A stretch of DNA of 64,000 nucleotides from NCBI GenBank assembly GCA_963724295.1, contig CAVRUC010000009.1:128001-192000 (forward strand), in the 5' to 3' direction. Shown here piece by piece: positions 60,247 to 64,000 of the stretch (positions within the stretch are counted from its first letter, which is position 1; the number at the start of each line of letters is the position of its first letter). The position numbers and the translations under genes are program-made. The notes beneath the pieces are model-generated. The model worked only from the letters and a program-made list of their open reading frames with translations, was not told the origin of the DNA and made no database searches. Source of the stretch: an uncultured Chloroflexia bacterium. Its GTDB lineage: Bacteria; Chloroflexota; Chloroflexia; Thermomicrobiales; UBA6265.

Positions 60247-62838
60247 TCAGACCAGGCCGCGCTGCAAGGCGAAGATGCCGGCTTCGGCGCGAGAGGTGGC
60301 CTCGAGCTTGGCCAGGATGGCCCCGACGTGCTTGGAAGCGGTGCGGGGGCTGATGAAGAGCGTGTCGGCGATCTCGCGGTCGGTGCGACCCGCGGCCAGG
60401 AGCCGTAACACCTCGCGCTCGCGCGTGGTCAGGCCCTCGGCACTGGTGCGGGTCGCCACCTCTGGGTCTCGTCGGAGGGGACGCGGTTCGGGGACCCCCA
60501 ACGCCCGGAGGCGACGGATCGCCTTCGCACTGGCCGGCTTCGCTGCGAGCTCCTCGAAGATCGCTGTCGCTTGCAGCACCAGGTCCGGATCATCGGTTTC
60601 GGCCAGAGCGCACGCCTCGTCATAGGGACAGCCCAGCCTTTGCCAGGCCGCGGCCGCGGCCGCGAAGTCGCCGCCGATCTGCAGGGCGTACGGCTCAGCC
60701 AGGGTGTGGGTAGGGACATCCCGGTCGCCGGCCTGCCACAACAGCCAGGCAAGTTCGCCCCGGTCCCAACAGTTGCCACGCGCGAAGACGAGGTCGCGTA
60801 CCGCCAGCGCTTCATCCAGCGCTCGCCTGCTGTCCCCAAGCAACAGGGCCGCCTCGGCGCGCGCGGCGCGGACCGGTCCCAGGCGCAGCAACTTACCGGT
60901 GCGATCGGCCAGCGCCAGTGCCTCGTCGAGGGTCGCTGCGGCCTCGTGATTGCCACGGCGAGCGTACACCTGGCCCAACGTCGTCAGTGCCATCATCCGC
61001 GTCACCGACGATAACCTCGGCTGCCGGAGAAGTTGGTGGATCTCCGTCTCGGCCTCGTCCCAGCTGCCCTGACGGGCGCGCAGGGCCGCTCGCGTCGCCA
61101 GGAGATACCCACGGCGGAAGTCGAGATCGTGCTCGATCGCGAAGTCGATGGCAGTAGCGAGCTGGCGATCGGCCTCGTCGAGCCGCATGGCCAGCATCGT
61201 CGTAAAGGCCAGGTTGGCCAACGCCCGGCTGGCGTGGTCGAGGAGCCCCTCGGCCCTGGCGAGTTGCAGGCTCCGGGTTAGGTCCTCGTGCCCCTCCTCG
61301 TCCCCGGCGTAGTGGCGCGCCGAACCGACGTTGTTCAGCGCGTGGACGAGGGTTTCCGTCTCCCCGAGCTCCTCGGCGAGAGCGATCGCCCGATTTCCCC
61401 ACCGCAATGTGCCCTCGAGGTCGAGGTCGAGCAACCGCAACTCGGCGAGATTGCTGTAGGCCATCGCCAGCTCCGGCCCGGGTGGTTGGGGTTCCAGCAC
61501 CTCCAGCGCGGCAGTCGCCGCTTCGGCGGCGTCTCCCTCGTGCCAGTAGAGGTGCGAGAGCCAGCGGAGGCTGTCCCCCTCCTTGAGCCGATCGCCCAGC
61601 GAGCGCCAGATGTCGAGCGCTTCCAGGCGCGCTGCGATCGCCTCCTCGCCATGATCACTCAGGTAGCAGGCGACAGAGCGCCGCTCGAGGAGGCGGGCGC
61701 GCTCGGCGGGCGGCAGACCATCGGCGAAGCGCAGAGCGCGCGCGTACTGGGCCGCCGCTTCGCGGTGGGCATTCAGCGCGGCGGCCTGTTCCGCGGCGGC
61801 GCTGGCGAACTGCAGCACGGCCTCCCGATCGCCCGCCGCCTCGGCGTGGTGGGCCAGCCGCGCCAGGTCGCGCTCTGACTCCGGCGCCTCGCGCAGCGCG
61901 GCCAGCACCCGCCCGTGCAGCACGCGACGGCGCAACGGCGCTATGGCCGTCAGCACGGCCTCCCGCGTCAGCTCATGGCGAAAGCTGAGCCCTTCGCCGG
62001 TGGTGCGCAGCAAGCCGCGGGCCAGGCACTCGTCGGCTTCGTCGAGGACCGGACCGGCCACGGCGAGCAAGAGCGTTGCGTCGATCGTCGAGCCCATGAC
62101 GGCGGTGATGTCGAGGACCGCCCGGGCCGCGGGGGAGAGCCGGGCCGCCCGCGCCAGGATCGCGTCGCCGACCGAGGTCGGTACGCTCTCCCCCTCCGTG
62201 GCCAGCGCTTCGGTCAGGAAAAAGGGGTTGCCCCCGGTCAGCTGATAGAGCGCGGCCGGGTCGCGCCCGCTGCCCTGGGCCAGGCGCCCGACCGCCGCCT
62301 CCGACAGGGGCGGCAGGCTGAGGCGGAAGACGGCCGGCTCGGTGGCCAGATCCCCCAGCACCAGCCGCAACGGGTGCATGGCCCCCAGCTCGTCGTCGCG
62401 GTAGGTCACCACGATCAGGACGTGCAGCCCGCCGATCCGCCGGCCCAGGAAGCGCAATAGCTCAAGCGAGGCGCCGTCGGCCCAATGCGCGTCCTCGCTG
62501 ATGACCACCGTCGGCCCCGGTCGCGCCACCAGCGCCGCTAGCACCGCCCGAAAGACCTGCTCGCGGGCGTCGCCCTCGACAGCCAACTGCGCGATCTGCA
62601 GCCCCAGGGCCGGAGCCAGGTCGCGCACCGGGCCGAGCGGACCCGGGGTGGAGAGGGCGTCGCACGAGGCCCGTAGCACCGCCGTCTCGGGAATCCGCCG
62701 GGCAAAGTCGTCGACCAGCGTCGTCTTGCCGACGCCGGCCTCGCCCCCGACGAAGACCACGCGGCCGTGCCCGGCCGCCGCCTGCCAGCGGTGCTCCTCG
62801 AGTTGGGCCAGGTGCGCGTCGCGCTCCAGTAGCTCCAT
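60247..62838 (-). CDS. LAL-type regulator: AAA/STAND ATPase - TPR - LuxR HTH
   Basis: GEAGVGKT, EDAHWAD and TGGNPFF; C-terminal GLTTREREVL..DREIADTLFISPRTASKHV. Confidence 0.93.
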   Translation of the reverse strand: MELLERDAHLAQLEEHRWQAAAGHGRVVFVGGEAGVGKTTLVDDFARRIPETAVLRASCDALSTPGPLGPVRDLAPALGLQIAQLAVEGDAREQVFRAVLAALVARPGPTVVISEDAHWADGASLELLRFLGRRIGGLHVLIVVTYRDDELGAMHPLRLVLGDLATEPAVFRLSLPPLSEAAVGRLAQGSGRDPAALYQLTGGNPFFLTEALATEGESVPTSVGDAILARAARLSPAARAVLDITAVMGSTIDATLLLAVAGPVLDEADECLARGLLRTTGEGLSFRHELTREAVLTAIAPLRRRVLHGRVLAALREAPESERDLARLAHHAEAAGDREAVLQFASAAAEQAAALNAHREAAAQYARALRFADGLPPAERARLLERRSVACYLSDHGEEAIAARLEALDIWRSLGDRLKEGDSLRWLSHLYWHEGDAAEAATAALEVLEPQPPGPELAMAYSNLAELRLLDLDLEGTLRWGNRAIALAEELGETETLVHALNNVGSARHYAGDEEGHEDLTRSLQLARAEGLLDHASRALANLAFTTMLAMRLDEADRQLATAIDFAIEHDLDFRRGYLLATRAALRARQGSWDEAETEIHQLLRQPRLSSVTRMMALTTLGQVYARRGNHEAAATLDEALALADRTGKLLRLGPVRAARAEAALLLGDSRRALDEALAVRDLVFARGNCWDRGELAWLLWQAGDRDVPTHTLAEPYALQIGGDFAAAAAAWQRLGCPYDEACALAETDDPDLVLQATAIFEELAAKPASAKAIRRLRALGVPEPRPLRRDPEVATRTSAEGLTTREREVLRLLAAGRTDREIADTLFISPRTASKHVGAILAKLEATSRAEAGIFALQRGLV

Positions 62839-63214
62839 CGGTCCGTGCTCCTCGGTTAGGAGCACATGATACGACGCCAGCCCCACCCCACCGCGGCCTC
62901 CCTGGTCGTGACCGCTGGCAGTCGACCGTTTTCGACCGCGCTCGAGTCAGTTTGGTGACGGAACGAGATCCTCAGTGGAATCGCTCACTCGTCAATTGGG
63001 AGTCCGCCGGCTCCGGATGTACCGGTTCTCGGCACGACCACGCAACGGTCCGCATCAAGCGCCATTCGACGTCGACTTCGAAGCTACAGCGACCGGCCAC
63101 GTCTTCGTTTGCCTAACTGGAGCACCGAATCACGCGGGTACTCCTCGGGCGCCGACGTACGTTTGACGGAAAGAGAACCCGGCCGGAGGACATCGTTGCG
63201 GCGCAGCGGCCGCG

Positions 63215-63796
63215 TCACTCGGGGGTCGGGACTGCCACCTGCTCGCCGGCGCGTTGACCCATTGCGCTGAAGGGACCGGTCCGCTCCGCGGCAGCCCCGG
63301 ACCCCTCGACCGTCTCGATCGTGTAGCGCAGCGACATGACATCACCCGGGGATCCCACCTCGACCGGGCCCTGCAGCAGCGTGATCGGTCGCGGCGGATC
63401 TGAGGCATCGGCCGCTCGGACAGCGACAGCAAGGACCCCACTCTGCCCCCCGCGGGGTGTCCAGACGCCGGCCCCCTGGTTCCCTGCCGCGTCGGTGAAC
63501 AGCACGAAGCCATCGTCCCCGAACACGACTTGGGCCGGAGTCTGGTCTCCCTCGGCGAAGGTGAGCAGCCACGTACCGACCAGCGGGTGCTGCGCCGGCA
63601 CTGGCGTGGGCGTCTCCTGAGGCAGGGAGCCGCTGGGCAGCCCCGGCACGGTAGGCAGGGGCATCGGACCGCCGAGCTGCCCCACGGGCGTCGGCATCGG
63701 GTCCCGGGCAGCCGCCGGTCGCGGCAGCCCGACCGCGAGCTGGAGGCTCACCAGCAGCGCGACGAGCGTCAGCATGAGGACGGTACGACCGATCAT
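63215..63796 (-). CDS. Secreted hypothetical protein
   Basis: Signal peptide, Pro-rich linker and a HPLVGTW-led beta domain. Confidence 0.65.
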   Translation of the reverse strand: MIGRTVLMLTLVALLVSLQLAVGLPRPAAARDPMPTPVGQLGGPMPLPTVPGLPSGSLPQETPTPVPAQHPLVGTWLLTFAEGDQTPAQVVFGDDGFVLFTDAAGNQGAGVWTPRGGQSGVLAVAVRAADASDPPRPITLLQGPVEVGSPGDVMSLRYTIETVEGSGAAAERTGPFSAMGQRAGEQVAVPTPE

Positions 63797-64000
63797 CGCG
63801 TGGGCCTTTCGTGTGACGTCATGCGCGGCAGATCGCCGCCTGCAGCATCACGCTGATGGCACTGTAGCGATCGCGAGCGTCAGGAACAATTCGCCCCGAA
63901 AGTAATGAACCCGGCCCACCGGAAGTTCGGTCAACGACCGTGCTCACGGTGGCCTATCATCACGCTGGCGATCGACGGCTGTCGCGGCATGGATCCGATC

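Overview
High-GC bacterial chromosome segment. The protein style suggests Chloroflexota, probably Thermomicrobiales (extended MDxxRFDxLTR..SRR twin-arginine leaders, many STAND regulators); this is inference, not a database result. About ten genes carry isolated frameshifts, consistent with long-read indel errors. The window holds a peptide ABC transporter with an M14 deacylase, an SRPBCC/Zn-dehydrogenase/MRJP/ion-channel operon next to a NarL-type regulator and PAS hybrid kinase, IS5 and IS630 remnants, a sugar ABC/GMC oxidoreductase/TIM-barrel cluster, nfeD-floA, and a selenium-binding-protein (methanethiol oxidase-like) cluster. No rRNA, tRNA or CRISPR array was seen. The most notable signal is a possible cyclic-nucleotide signalling system: three class III cyclase-STAND-TPR paralogs with intact catalytic motifs, a Crp-family regulator and a LuxR-STAND. 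These are interleaved with two paralogous uncharacterised exported proteins, each next to a cyclase-STAND, and with Tat-exported Cys-rich proteins. Unannotated non-coding signals include a promoter-driven structured RNA candidate (~45.6-45.9 kb), a diverged duplicated leader (51.2-52.0 kb), a duplicated operator downstream of the LuxR-STAND, a 23-bp-periodic 7-4-7 operator array, and a palindromic repeat family that overlaps gene ends.
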